From Acidimicrobiia bacterium UBA2766 (GTDB lineage: Bacteria > Actinomycetota > Acidimicrobiia > UBA2766): 64,000 nt of DNA. Where the stretch lies: contig DEIU01000039.1 of the NCBI GenBank assembly GCA_002352645.1, positions 67,656 to 131,655 on the forward strand, in the 5' to 3' direction. Below the pieces are notes generated by a model. It was given only the letters and a program-made list of their open reading frames with translations, was not told the origin of the DNA and made no database searches. Shown piece after piece: positions 48,901-58,408 of this stretch. The number at the start of each line of letters is the position of its first letter. Position 1 is the stretch's first letter. Made by a program: the position numbers and the translations under genes.

Positions 48901-49441
48901 CGTTTGAATAGGACGCGCAGAGATAGGCTGTTCGCACCTTTGCGCCATCAAGCCCATACCAGGCGAAAATAGTGCGGGTCACGTCCGAGGGGACGCCGCG
49001 CCAGACGACGGCCCGAGAAAAGCCAAAGAGCTGTAGTATTTGCGGCATCTGGGCTATATGCCCAAACATGTCAGGTAGATAGGCCACGTTCATTGGGCGG
49101 TGAAAGTCCTCGGCACGCTTTCTGCCATGCGCCAGGTTGCGTACGAGTGTTTCACCTGACGCCAAGAATTCGTCAGGCAGGGTTGTCCAGGGGCCGATGT
49201 CGAGTCGACCGGCTTTCGCGTAACGGCGGATGTCTTCGCCACGTTCGGGACGGACGGCAAGATAGTCATCCAGCATGGCGGTTTGGCCGTCGAGCATGAA
49301 GCGGTAAGTCGGTACTGTGTCGAGAAGTTTCAAAACCTTGTCCATCACTCTGATGAGACGCAACCGGAAAGTTTCGAAAGGCTCGTACCACTCCCGATCC
49401 CAATGGGTATGCGGAATGATGTGCAAAGTTTGCTCGTTCAC
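45968..49441 (-). CDS. glycoside hydrolase family 38 alpha-mannosidase with large low-complexity insertions
   Basis: N-terminal HIIPHTHWDREWYEPFETF (GH38 signature), DMFGH and HDSICACSSDE. 1157 aa including about 150 aa of Pro/Thr/Ser/Ala-rich inserts. Confidence 0.88.
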   Translation of the reverse strand: MNEQTLHIIPHTHWDREWYEPFETFRLRLIRVMDKVLKLLDTVPTYRFMLDGQTAMLDDYLAVRPERGEDIRRYAKAGRLDIGPWTTLPDEFLASGETLVRNLAHGRKRAEDFHRPMNVAYLPDMFGHIAQMPQILQLFGFSRAVVWRGVPSDVTRTIFAWYGLDGAKVRTAYLCASYSNGAELPSDADRLYARGRELWQEQAEFSPPGHLLIMNGTDHWPPQTGLDTNMAMANKVAEAHKNPLRFEFSSLERFFDAADGVLAHTPLPICQGEMRSGWRANVLMGVTSTRTDLKRLQSETEHLLERYCEPLSIVTGHTLSQPLLEAAWERLILNSAHDSICACSSDETMSGVELRYREAKIIAQGLFDEAIEKLTARAHDPRHMTLPPPAWTCAQIPPHAGEDTTGNLPDPEPYRRHSIMVWNPSLRQRSSFVETELPIGDILPGYTLETPDGTRIPCQETARSAPIVFDEIWPGEQAGDLLELIRRRDLHSISAGLRTNPGKNQPSLWINTVAVFPDTPPPAGTPPTGQAQTEQPAVGPEASGKAQRPGRRKVWKKGPHSPEKSSGKTTHKTIPKTGEDAASALSQTTSADTVALDFPSAASASSKTEASQENPATHWVNARIVLGTAPVMRGHLDMGAVEEHILALAAQPGCCLQVTAVQPAVATVQFRAPEIPPLGWVCLTPVPTSEASIVPLPFAPVSVSKKGTVLDNGLIRVETNPADGTFSLIGADGTHVKGMGRIEDGGDAGDTYNYSPPAQDRTVSRPREVRIDTVDVTALRATLRIQRRFELPARLTANETARSKTTVSFTLTTFVTVTAGTSTVSLAIDFSNTVRDHRLRMLFSLPNPVDCSWAGTTYGVVSRPLETEGSSQEAPLSTWPARDFIDCAGQRTQEKASPASASSAQKNPDTASTENMLSSPNSDADTSALSAPATDLAAPAKPDTTGLAVLLNQITEYEVVNEGQDLAITLVRATGFLARPAPTLRPNPAGPNLAVEHAQSQGPQHFRCGLRLHRGDWREARIPVAADAFSHPFCTQAKPATNTPPADPLPPTGTPLFLETSEKTGDETVDKTGLFTLSTFTRTQNTLDLRVTSFSQTDLIFHAQLDTGTAAANSVAPSPAKVDLRGQFVPTPRGSRGTSSEKTLILHPWEILTARFW

Positions 49442-49498
49442 TCTGCCAGGCTAGAGGGGAGAAGGCTGCGCGTGGAGAGTGATTCGGTAGGAAGCCGT

Positions 49499-50452
49499 TC
49501 ACGCAGGTTTGTTGGCATCGGAAGAATCTGGGAGAGGGGAACAGCCTGCGACATTTTCCTGCGCCGAATGAGGACTTTGCGGCCTGTCGCCTGTGGGAGC
49601 GTGCCTCAGGTTTTCTCCGCAAATTGGAGATTCTTCGGTTTTCTTCCCCCAGCTTTCCCTGTGCAAAACCGTGTCGAGTGGACGGCGAGCACGCCACTGA
49701 TGACGTTCGAGATCGGGGATATCCGCGAAGCTGTGCACCGGGCCGAGGCAGAGCCAAGCCACCGGTCGGATATGGGCGGGAATGCCAAAGAGGTTTCGCA
49801 CGAACTCTTCTTGGTAGAAGGAAACCCAGCCGACACCAAGGTTTTCTGCTGTCGCGGCAAGCCAGAGGTTTTCGATTGCAAGACAGACGGAATACAGCCC
49901 GGTGTCGGGAATCGTATGGCGCCCCAACACATGGGGGGCAGCTCTGCTTGGGTCATACGTCACGAGGATTCCGAGACTGGATTCCAGAATGCCCTCAATC
50001 TTGATACGAGAGAACAAAACTTTTTCATCAGGGGGCAGGCAAGCACTGAATCTTTCGCGCTCCGCCGAAACATGGGCCTGGAAAGATGTTCGTTTTGCCA
50101 TGCTGGTCACGATGAGAAAATCCCAGGGCTGGCTCAAACCCACGCTTGGCGCGGCATGTGCAGCAAAGAGCACACGCTGCAGCACTTCCGGGGCGATTTC
50201 TCCGCCAGTGAAGTGTGCGCGCACATCGCGCCGACGGAATATCGTGCGGTAGGGCTCGGGCAGGTCCGGTCCAAAGAGGTGCTCAAATGTCGGCATGGGA
50301 CCTTTGGGTCTCGGCAGTGTGGTGTCGGGCGTGGGGCTCTCTCCGCGTGCAAGTTGGTGTCCAGGTAGCGTCCAAGTCGCGTCCAGGTACGCAAACGCAG
50401 AGAGGTCACAATCCCAAGTCTGATCGTATCTTTGTCTTGAGGTGGGGTGCAA
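49499..50452 (-). CDS. bluB: 5,6-dimethylbenzimidazole synthase (BluB, nitroreductase fold)
   Basis: YRTIFRRRDVRAHF, AAHAAPSVGLSQPWDFLIV, LGRHTIPDTGLYSVCLAIENLWLAATAENLGVGWVSFY, IRPVAWLCLG and RRPLDTVLHRESWG align closely by eye with Sinorhizobium BluB (from memory). About 55-aa low-complexity C-terminal tail. The true start may be at 50296. Confidence 0.82.
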   Translation of the reverse strand: MHPTSRQRYDQTWDCDLSAFAYLDATWTLPGHQLARGESPTPDTTLPRPKGPMPTFEHLFGPDLPEPYRTIFRRRDVRAHFTGGEIAPEVLQRVLFAAHAAPSVGLSQPWDFLIVTSMAKRTSFQAHVSAERERFSACLPPDEKVLFSRIKIEGILESSLGILVTYDPSRAAPHVLGRHTIPDTGLYSVCLAIENLWLAATAENLGVGWVSFYQEEFVRNLFGIPAHIRPVAWLCLGPVHSFADIPDLERHQWRARRPLDTVLHRESWGKKTEESPICGENLRHAPTGDRPQSPHSAQENVAGCSPLPDSSDANKPA

Positions 50453-50638
50453 CGGGAAAAGGCGGCGGGGATTCGATGTGTGGAGACTGCTGAGCTGGGA
50501 GATTTGCGGGTTGTTTGGCTTTTGCCCCTGTGTCTTGGCTTACGATTTGCTTATTGGACTCGGCCTTTCGGTATTTGTGTGCGCGCAAGAGCGCGGGCAT
50601 GCTTTTTTTCTGCAAATTGTCCTGCACAGGAGATGTTT

Positions 50639-50974
50639 ATGGGTGCGAAAAAGCTCAACTCTGTTCTCCCTGCATCAGACCTTGATGCGGCGGTCGCTTT
50701 CTGGAGCGAAGTCCTGGGTGTGGCTCCGACATTTGTGGATGGTGATCGCTGGGCACAGTTCGACCTTGAGGGCTCTCGTCTGGCCCTGGCTGGGAAAGAC
50801 CGCGTGTCTGAGCAAGCGGGTGTCATGGTGAAAGTCGATGATCTTGTCAAGGCGCGGACCGTGCTCGTTGATCGAGGGCAAAAAGTGAGCGAGATCGAAG
50901 AAGGACCGCATGAGCTGCGTTGTGCGACGCAAGATCCAGATGGGTCCCTGCTTGTGCTTTACCAGGGAAAGTAA
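50639..50974 (+). CDS. VOC-family (glyoxalase/bleomycin-resistance fold) protein
   Basis: 111 aa from the second ATG, which lies 6 nt after an AGGAG RBS. Single VOC domain. Confidence 0.75.
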   Translation: MGAKKLNSVLPASDLDAAVAFWSEVLGVAPTFVDGDRWAQFDLEGSRLALAGKDRVSEQAGVMVKVDDLVKARTVLVDRGQKVSEIEEGPHELRCATQDPDGSLLVLYQGK

Positions 50975-51140
50975 TGAGAAGTAGAGGCCAGTATGGGAAG
51001 CCGGAAGAAGCGGAGAGCTGCCGGCTTCAGAGCTACTTGTTCCCTTAACGAGTTTTCGCCGTTTTTTGCCCTCGGGTGCTCCCTTTCGCGCGCGACATGG
51101 ACAGAGCAGGCCTGCCTGGCCCATGCCCGTCTATGCCAAC

Positions 51141-52643
51141 TTATGCCTGTGATGAAGATCGAGAGGAAGCCACTATTACGAATGCTGCCTCTTCTTTTGT
51201 CGGGCGTGAAGATAAATAGCGGTGGGTCAGGATGTAGGCGAACATGGCCACCATGGTGGTGCTGCCCATAATGGTCAAGGTGGTCTGTACTCCAATGGCA
51301 TCCCCCACAGCGCCAAGGGGAAGTGCCGCCATTCCGTAGCCGGAAAAGCTCAGCAGTAGGAGAGATTGCACCCTGCCGTGATACTCCAAGTCGGTTTGCT
51401 GCAAGACAATAGTGTTGTTGAGAGACTGGAAAGTAGACGTCGACGCGCCAATGCACATCACAACGAGCAGGGACAAGGGAAAAGTGTGCACTAAACCGAG
51501 GACAGCCACAAAGAGGCCGAAGATCGTGCCCGCAATGGACTGTATGCGGCGAGAGTGTCTGCCTCCTGCAATGCGGGCGACAAAGAAAGAGGCGCTGAGC
51601 GCGCCGATCGCGCTTGCCGCCGACATGAGCCCATAGCCGCTTGACCCGACGTCAAAGATGTCTTTTGCGAGGGCGGGAAGAAAGGCGACGTAGGGAAAGG
51701 CCGTCATGACGACGGCAAAAGACGTGATGGCCAAGAGAAGGAGAGTCGGTCGGCGGCGCATATACTGCAGGCCATCTGCGAGGTCTTGCATGACATGTCC
51801 GCTCTTTTTTCGGGACAGGGAATGACCCGGCGGGAGACGGAAAGACATGAGGAGCGCAATCAGTGTGAATGTGCCTGCACAAAAATAGACGCCTGCTGTT
51901 CCCACCCACGGCACACCAATAAGTACCCCGGCGAGGGACGGCCCAAAAACACGAGTGCCGTTCATGCCCATTTGCTGGAGGATGACCGCATTGGGAAGCA
52001 GTTTTGTACCGACAAGTTCCCCCGTGAAGGCGATGCGAGAAGGCGTCATAAAAGAGAAAACCGTGCCTTGCGCGACAGCTGCACCAATCAACATCCAGTA
52101 CTGAATGAAATCGAAGGCCACTGCGAAACCGAGAGCGAAGGCCGTGGATGCCGTGGTGATGCTAGAGATTTGTATGAGTAGCCGTTTCGAGAAGCGGTCA
52201 GCAGCGACTCCTCCAAACGGGGTGAAAACCAGGAGGGGAAGCCCAAAGCCGAGGAGGACGCCGCCGAGCGCCGCGTTTGACCCAGTGAGATCGTGGGCGA
52301 GCCATCCGCGTGCGATCACCTGCATCTGTGTGGAGACAAAAGAGCAAAGAGATCCTGCCCAGAGCCAGCGGAAGAGGGGCACGTTCAGGGCCGCAAAGGT
52401 GGTATTAGGACGCGCGCTCGTGGCAGGGAGTGTGGTTTCAGGAGGAGGCTGAGGAGAAAGCTGAGCGTGAGACCGGGCGGGGAGGGAAGTGTCAGGGTTG
52501 GGTTGCGCAGCAGGCTTCGCGACAGAAGCCGGAGTGTGGCCGGCAAATGAGTGCGGGTCCTCAGATTCCTCTTTGTTCCCGTTCTTCACTTTTTTTCGTC
52601 CTTCCCCACACGTGTCTGTTCCACCAATGGCCCGATCTCGCAA
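51141..52643 (-). CDS. MFS transporter with an about 80-aa Pro-rich N-terminal extension
   Basis: LFRWLWAGSLCSFVSTQMQVIARGW, GGVAADRFSKRLL and 12 TM helices. Start uncertain. A palindrome TGTATATACA lies in its upstream region at about 52790. Confidence 0.8.
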   Translation of the reverse strand: MRDRAIGGTDTCGEGRKKVKNGNKEESEDPHSFAGHTPASVAKPAAQPNPDTSLPARSHAQLSPQPPPETTLPATSARPNTTFAALNVPLFRWLWAGSLCSFVSTQMQVIARGWLAHDLTGSNAALGGVLLGFGLPLLVFTPFGGVAADRFSKRLLIQISSITTASTAFALGFAVAFDFIQYWMLIGAAVAQGTVFSFMTPSRIAFTGELVGTKLLPNAVILQQMGMNGTRVFGPSLAGVLIGVPWVGTAGVYFCAGTFTLIALLMSFRLPPGHSLSRKKSGHVMQDLADGLQYMRRRPTLLLLAITSFAVVMTAFPYVAFLPALAKDIFDVGSSGYGLMSAASAIGALSASFFVARIAGGRHSRRIQSIAGTIFGLFVAVLGLVHTFPLSLLVVMCIGASTSTFQSLNNTIVLQQTDLEYHGRVQSLLLLSFSGYGMAALPLGAVGDAIGVQTTLTIMGSTTMVAMFAYILTHRYLSSRPTKEEAAFVIVASSRSSSQA

Positions 52644-53226
52644 GGCCGTAGTTTTCTCATATGTTCGGGGATGTGCGCTGATCTCTGCCTGTCCCCCGTA
52701 AGATCATTGTGGCCTCTCTCCTTGTCGGGTGTTTGCGCGTCTTCTAGCCTATGGCGGCTTTCCTGTCACGCGCCAAACAGTGTATATACAGCGTGTTCTG
52801 ATACCTGTCGCGTTTTTCTGTCTTTTGACGGATGTGGAGCGGAGCCTGTTTTGTGCTCTGGGTTTCTTCGTTCTGAGGGTTATTGGGGTGTGGTGCAGAG
52901 AGCCCTCGATGGTGTTGTCCGATGGTGTTGTTATCGGGAATACTGTGGGATCTTTGAAATTTGTATGGATATGTTTGTGAATTTGTGTGCAGAGCGTCCC
53001 GGCGCGTACCTGGATCGCTTATGGTTATCAGGAGTGAACTTGTCTTGGGGGCGTGATCTCGTGCTGTTCCTGGATTGGGCTGGGTGACCGGCAGACTTGC
53101 CCTCAGGTGGGGGCACCCTCTCCCAAGTATGTGATGTGGATCGCTCTGCTTGCGTGAGTCAGTGAGTCAGTGAGTCAGGTAAGTCGGTGAGGCAGACCGG
53201 ACAGAGAGGCAGAACCGGGAAAGAGT

Positions 53227-53985
53227 ATGACACAGGAGACGACACGGAAGACGACACAGAAGACGCGAGAGGGACCGACAAGCCGGCATGAACAGGATTT
53301 GTGTGCAGCTGAGCGTGAGCGGGTTGGGACGCGAGCACTTGTGGCTGGTCTCGATGAGGTAGGGCGGGGCGCCTGGGCAGGGCCGGTAACAGTCGGGCTT
53401 GTGGTCTGGCAAGAAGGCATAGTGGTGCAGGGGGTGCGGGATTCGAAACTGCTTTCTCCTCAGCGTCGCGTGGAACTGGCAAATGAGATACGTGATTGCC
53501 TGCCGTACGGAGTGGGGCACGCGGGCAATGTCGAGGTTGACGAACTGGGCATGAACGCCGCCTTGCGTTTGGCGTCTTTGCGGGCTTTGCTGGCCCTTGA
53601 GGAATCTTTTTGTGTGGTTCCCTCTCATCTCATTGTGGACGGAACGCAGAATTTCCTTGCCGGTGTGCTTCCCGCCATGTGTCTGCCAAAGGCCGATACA
53701 CACTGTGTGTCGGTGGCGATGGCCTCCGTCCTGGCGAAGGCCATGCGTGACGCGCAGATGGTAACCGTAAGCGAGCACTACCCGGTCTATGCCTTCGCTG
53801 AGAATAAGGGGTATCCGGCACCGGTGCACCGTCGTGCCCTGGAAGAGCATGGTCCCTGTGTGTTGCACCGGCATTCTTGGGCACCTTTGCGTGCTCTCGC
53901 TGGTGCGCCTCCCTTTCGTCGCGTCTTTCTCCCTGCTCCTGGCCCTGCCCGATTGCCTTTGGCTTCTGCCCCGACCTTGTTTTGA
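53227..53985 (+). CDS. rnhB: ribonuclease HII
   Basis: LVAGLDEVGRGAWAGPVTVGLV, DSKLLSPQRR, SVAMASVLAK. The 5' end carries small tandem repeats (GTGAGTCA x3 at 53153-53176 and GACGACAC(G/A)GAA x2 inside the CDS start). Confidence 0.9.
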   Translation: MTQETTRKTTQKTREGPTSRHEQDLCAAERERVGTRALVAGLDEVGRGAWAGPVTVGLVVWQEGIVVQGVRDSKLLSPQRRVELANEIRDCLPYGVGHAGNVEVDELGMNAALRLASLRALLALEESFCVVPSHLIVDGTQNFLAGVLPAMCLPKADTHCVSVAMASVLAKAMRDAQMVTVSEHYPVYAFAENKGYPAPVHRRALEEHGPCVLHRHSWAPLRALAGAPPFRRVFLPAPGPARLPLASAPTLF

Positions 53986-54896
53986 GGGAGTTTCGGTGGG
54001 GATTTTGGGGTGATGACCTGGTTACGGGCTGTTTTTGATAGAGGATATGACCTGTGTGCTGGGATCTTGCTCCCTGAGAATGACACCTAGGCAGTTTTTC
54101 GCCTTTGTGGATATTCTCTGTCTTTTTTCTACTGGAAAGTGATGGATTTTCCGCAAGAAGTGGTGTATAGGAGTTTCTTTCATCATTTATGCGTTTATAA
54201 AATGTTGTTTGTATACTTGTAAAGTATTGCTTGTACATGTAGGACAGTGCAGATTTAGTATGCAAGAGTATTTAATAACTATTTGGTGTTTTTTCGGCAG
54301 CTGTTCTTCTTGTGTTTTTCTTGTTGTGGAGAAGAATTCTTCGAAATCGAAGAGGGTTTTTTCGCGGTTATGCCGGCGAAGAAAAGGAAGAAGGTGAGAA
54401 AAAAGGGAAGAGGTTTTTTTCGAAGTGGGTTTCTTAATGACACGTGGAGGGAAAGGGGCAGCGTGTATTGTCGTAATGTGGTATTTTTTTTTGCTGACCA
54501 GTGTTATTTTTATGGGGATTCTTGTGTATTTTCTGGAATAAAAGCATGTTTTGTCTGGTTTCTAGATATTGTTTCGCGTGTGTTTACCTTCTCTTTTTTT
54601 TCTTTCTTGCTATATTCGAGCTAAGAAAGTGCTGAGGAAACAAGAAGGAAGTCAAAAGACAGGATAAAACGGGGTGGGTGAAGTTTTGTGTGGAGGGAAA
54701 TTTTTATACTTGCATTTTGGCCAGTTTTCTCATCTTGATGAGTGTTACTCACGATGAGTGTTTTTCACACGGATAATCCCCGTCTCGTCAGTATCTCGAA
54801 AGATCCTCGTTCCCCCCGAGGGCGTGGATAGTGACAGAGACAGTATGGGGAACCTCCCGGTTGGGCATTCTCCCCCCCCGCTCGACCGGAACTCGA

Positions 54897-54960
54897 GATT
54901 GACCCATGGGCGGAACGCGCGTCCCTGCCCATGGGTCAATCCTTCTGTGTCTTGTTTTTG
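54897..54960 (+). terminator. strong hairpin (14-bp perfect stem GATTGACCCATGGG/CCCATGGGTCAATC, 17-nt loop) followed by a T-rich tract, inside an AT-rich gene-less island
   Basis: Read directly from the sequence. Trailing cttctgtgtcttgtttttg. Implies a plus-strand transcript ending here, although no protein gene lies upstream within 0.9 kb. Confidence 0.45.
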
Positions 54961-55269
54961 AACAATCTTTCGAAAAACTTTTTGATGCAGCGCACGCGGG
55001 GAGAAGTATTTTTCTTTGTGTAAGAGAGATATTAGCTCTCCGATCTAATGTCTTTTACACGGGGCAGCTACTCGTTTTTTGATCCGATGGAGATCCCGGC
55101 GAGTATAAAACTGCGAAGAAGTTGCAAAAAAACAAAATGGCATTCTTTTTGCAGAAGTTTGAGTGGTGCTGTGGGCGGTTTTGTGAAATGATGCTTTATT
55201 TTTTCGCGTAGATCTGGGCGTAGAAAATCTGTTCCTCTGAAAGACAGATGCTCTTGTGCGGATGCCCGT

Positions 55270-56565
55270 TCAAGGGGGAAAAATATCGTGCTCTGTCAGG
55301 TGGATTTGCGCACGCACAAGACTGCCGACTGCAAAACTTTTCTCATTGCGTAGACGGGCCCGCAAATGAGCTCCTTTTTTACCGGCTATCGTCACTAATT
55401 CATCGTGCCCGTGATACTCCTGGTCGATCACTGTACACACGTTTCCTTGTTGTGCATCTTCTTTCGTCTTTTGTTGCACGCGTTGTTGAGTGCTTTCTTC
55501 TGCATTTTCGATATGTTGGAGTTCAGGACGGGTGGGAAAACCAGAGGACAGTGAGTTTCCTGCGGGAGGAGGTGCGCTGTCGTGGGTGTCGGGAGTGTCC
55601 GCAGAAAAAAGAACCACCGATTCAGGACGAATCGCGAGAGTGCAGCGCGCGATTTGTTGTTGATGAGAAGGCAGACGCACGATGCCCCAGGGAGTTTCTG
55701 CCCTTCCCGCGTGTTGTTGGGTTTCGATCACGGTGGCGTCTGCCAGGAAACTCGCCACAAAGGGAGTAGTTGGTCTGTGGTAGAGGTCGGCCGGTGATCC
55801 TGCTTGGATCACGCGTCCGTCCTGCATGACTGCGACACGATCTGCCATCGAGAAGGCTTCTTCGCGTGAGTGTGTAACGAAGATGGCGGTCGCGCCGGCT
55901 TTGCGTAAAATATTTTGCACTTCGGCCCGCATTTTCTGGCGGAGAGTCGTATCCAAGTTTGAAAAAGGTTCGTCCAACAGAATCAAGGTGGGATGGGGCG
56001 CAAGCGCGCGCGCCAGGGCTACCCGTTGCTGCTGTCCTCCAGAGAGTTGGTGAGGTCGGCGGTGTTTGTACTCTTCCAGGTCGACGAGCGACAGCAACTC
56101 GTCGACTCGGGGAGATTGCCGGCGTGCGCGTCGTCGCCCTGTCAGGCCAAAGGCGATATTCTCTGCCACGTTCAGATGGGGAAAGAGCGCGTAATCCTGA
56201 AAGACCATGCCAATCTGTCGCCGTTCTGGGGGAACATGCGTCTCAGGGGATTCCACGAGTTTCCCAGCCAGCCGGATTGTGCCTTCGTCGGCGCGTTCAA
56301 AACCGGCGATCAAGCGGAGGGTTGTGGTTTTTCCGCACCCACTTGGTCCGAGCAGCGCAACAATCTCGCCTTCTTCTACATCGAGATCAAGCTGGTTGAC
56401 CGCGGGTTTTTCTGCAAAATTTTTCTTTATTCCCTGCAGAGAGAGCAGTAGGGAAGGAGACGAAGATTCTTGCGACGCGGGCACGGTCTTTTTTCCAGGC
56501 ATTCGTAGGTGGGAACCAATATTCGCAGCGGTATACGCCGGGAGGTTCTTTGTTCCTTTTTGCAT
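55270..56565 (-). CDS. ABC transporter ATP-binding protein (FbpC/PotA-like with C-terminal TOBE domain)
   Basis: Walker [10 protein letters not shown], signature [15 protein letters not shown], Walker [13 protein letters not shown]-loop. The track ORF extends to 56871 with a Pro/Ser-rich N-terminal region; start uncertain. Confidence 0.85.
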   Translation of the reverse strand: MQKGTKNLPAYTAANIGSHLRMPGKKTVPASQESSSPSLLLSLQGIKKNFAEKPAVNQLDLDVEEGEIVALLGPSGCGKTTTLRLIAGFERADEGTIRLAGKLVESPETHVPPERRQIGMVFQDYALFPHLNVAENIAFGLTGRRRARRQSPRVDELLSLVDLEEYKHRRPHQLSGGQQQRVALARALAPHPTLILLDEPFSNLDTTLRQKMRAEVQNILRKAGATAIFVTHSREEAFSMADRVAVMQDGRVIQAGSPADLYHRPTTPFVASFLADATVIETQQHAGRAETPWGIVRLPSHQQQIARCTLAIRPESVVLFSADTPDTHDSAPPPAGNSLSSGFPTRPELQHIENAEESTQQRVQQKTKEDAQQGNVCTVIDQEYHGHDELVTIAGKKGAHLRARLRNEKSFAVGSLVRAQIHLTEHDIFPP

Positions 56566-56776
56566 AGCTGATTTTTGTGTTGTCGATGTTTCCTGACTGT
56601 TTAGTGGGGAAGGTGGTGTTGTGCGTGCTTTTTCTAGCCTGTCGTTGCCTGATATCCAGCGTGGATCGGGGCTTTCGGACTGCAGGATAGGTCTCGGGAT
56701 CAGTCCGGAGAGAGGCGCTGGTGTCGGCCCAAAAGGGAAATGAAAGGAAGGGCTTGTGGTAGGGGGGGAGCCCGGA

Positions 56777-58408
56777 TCAGTTTGCATTGTGCCACTCCCT
56801 TGCAGAGAGGATACCCATTGGGACAGAAGCCAGGACGAGAAGCAGAAGTCCTGCTGCTCCTGCTGTTTCATAGAATCGAGGTTCTTGCGCGCCGCTCCAG
56901 ATCACGAGCGCAAGCGTGTTGAACTCCAGCGGATGAAGCATCACGGTCACGGGAAGTTCTTTCATGACGTTCAAGAAAACGAGAATGGCGCCGGCGGTGA
57001 GGCCGCGCAACATGAGGGGCAAGGTGACGAGGCGGAGGGCATGTGCCCATGTGCAACCGAGGCCCCGTGCTGCCTCTTCGAGGTGGGGATTAATACGTCC
57101 GAGTGCTGCTTGGGCGCTGCCGAGAGCTTGTGGCAAGAAGTGCACCACGTACGCGAGTACTAAAACAATGGTTGTTTGGTAGAGAAAAAAAGCGGAGCGG
57201 AGGGTGAAAGCTGCGAGTGCGCCGGCGATCACCACACCTGGTAAACCGTAGGCTGACCAGGTGGTCCGTTCTGCGATTCTGGAGAAACGACTCGGATAGC
57301 GCACGACTGTCACCGCGAGCGGGAGGACCGCAACAATTGCGACAAGCGCGGCAATGAGGGAGACCCACATGGATCGTGTGGAGGCCTCCCAGAGTTCTTG
57401 CGCGAAGTCAGCGTTGAAGGCTGCGCTCCCGATTCCGTCCCATGTCCAATAGGAAAGAATGAAAACCGGGATGAGGAGGGAGACGCAGCATATGGCAGTG
57501 GCTGCAGCAGCGGCCGGCCAGCGTGCGATCCCAAGGTGCAGTGGACGGCTCTGTTTCCCACTTCCCGGCGAAGTGAGCGCAAGACGAAGTGGGCCGCGTA
57601 GCACGAGCTGGAAACCGACAATTCCCAGGGTCAACAGGATCAGGACTGAGGCAAAGTTGAGTCCTGCTTGCTGGTCGAGTAATTGCATGCGGCCTTCTAT
57701 GGCAAGGGTCAGCGTCTCGTAGCGCATGATTGCGACCCCGCCGAAGTCTGCCAGCGTGTACAAGGCAACAAGTAAGGCCCCGGATGCCAATGCCGGCCGG
57801 ACTTGGGGGAGTACTGCCTTGAACAGGGCACGAGATGGACTTGCACCCAAGCTGCGTGCTGCTTCTTCTGTGGATCCGTCGAGGTCTCGTAACGCCGCGG
57901 TCACGGGAAGCAGGATGTACGGATAGGTAGAGAGGGTCAGGACAAGCAGGGCGCCGGAAAAACCGGCGATGTCGGGGAGCCGGTCGACGCCGAGTGGTTC
58001 GATCCATTCTTGGATGAGGCCTTTTGGGCGGAAGGCCGAGTAGTACGCGAATGCTCCGAGAAAGGAGGGAATGACGAGCGGTAGGTTCAGGGCAATATTG
58101 AAAAAACGCTTGCCAGGGAGGTCAGTTCTGGCGAGTGCGAGGGCCAAAGGCAAGGCGATCATGATCGCTGCTGCCGTGACCGCAAGGGCAAGGCCTCCGG
58201 TACGCGTGATGAGCTCGAAGGTTCGTTCGGTGGAAAGCTGCGAGAAGAGGTCGGATCCTGATCCGAGGGCGCGGGCGAAGACATAGGCACCAGGCAACAT
58301 GCTGCCGATCGCCACCAGGGCAGTGGGAGCAAAAATGGGGAAAGGAGGACGAGGGGAGGCTGTGCTCTTTTTTTCTGTTGTGTTTTCTGTCGCTATTTCA
58401 GTTTGCAT
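56777..58408 (-). CDS. ABC transporter permease, duplicated (FbpB/ThiP-like two-domain) type
   Basis: 543 aa, about 12 TM helices, two EAA-like loops. Immediately upstream of the ATPase gene. Confidence 0.88.
   Translation of the reverse strand: MQTEIATENTTEKKSTASPRPPFPIFAPTALVAIGSMLPGAYVFARALGSGSDLFSQLSTERTFELITRTGGLALAVTAAAIMIALPLALALARTDLPGKRFFNIALNLPLVIPSFLGAFAYYSAFRPKGLIQEWIEPLGVDRLPDIAGFSGALLVLTLSTYPYILLPVTAALRDLDGSTEEAARSLGASPSRALFKAVLPQVRPALASGALLVALYTLADFGGVAIMRYETLTLAIEGRMQLLDQQAGLNFASVLILLTLGIVGFQLVLRGPLRLALTSPGSGKQSRPLHLGIARWPAAAAATAICCVSLLIPVFILSYWTWDGIGSAAFNADFAQELWEASTRSMWVSLIAALVAIVAVLPLAVTVVRYPSRFSRIAERTTWSAYGLPGVVIAGALAAFTLRSAFFLYQTTIVLVLAYVVHFLPQALGSAQAALGRINPHLEEAARGLGCTWAHALRLVTLPLMLRGLTAGAILVFLNVMKELPVTVMLHPLEFNTLALVIWSGAQEPRFYETAGAAGLLLLVLASVPMGILSAREWHNAN

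Noticed and set aside
49499-50452. Considered whether the nitroreductase-fold gene is a standalone FbiB C-terminal (dehydro-F420-0 reductase) domain linked to cofC.
   Set aside because: The RRDVR, PSVG.SQPW and LYSV...NLWLAA...GVGWVS motifs align nearly residue-for-residue with BluB, so I called it BluB. It lies 10 kb from cofC.
54283-54624. 113-aa ORF inside the AT-rich island.
   Set aside because: Phe/Cys/Lys-rich with poly-Lys and poly-Phe runs typical of an AT-rich non-coding translation. Only a 30-codon hydrophobic sub-ORF was kept, as a speculative note in the findings.
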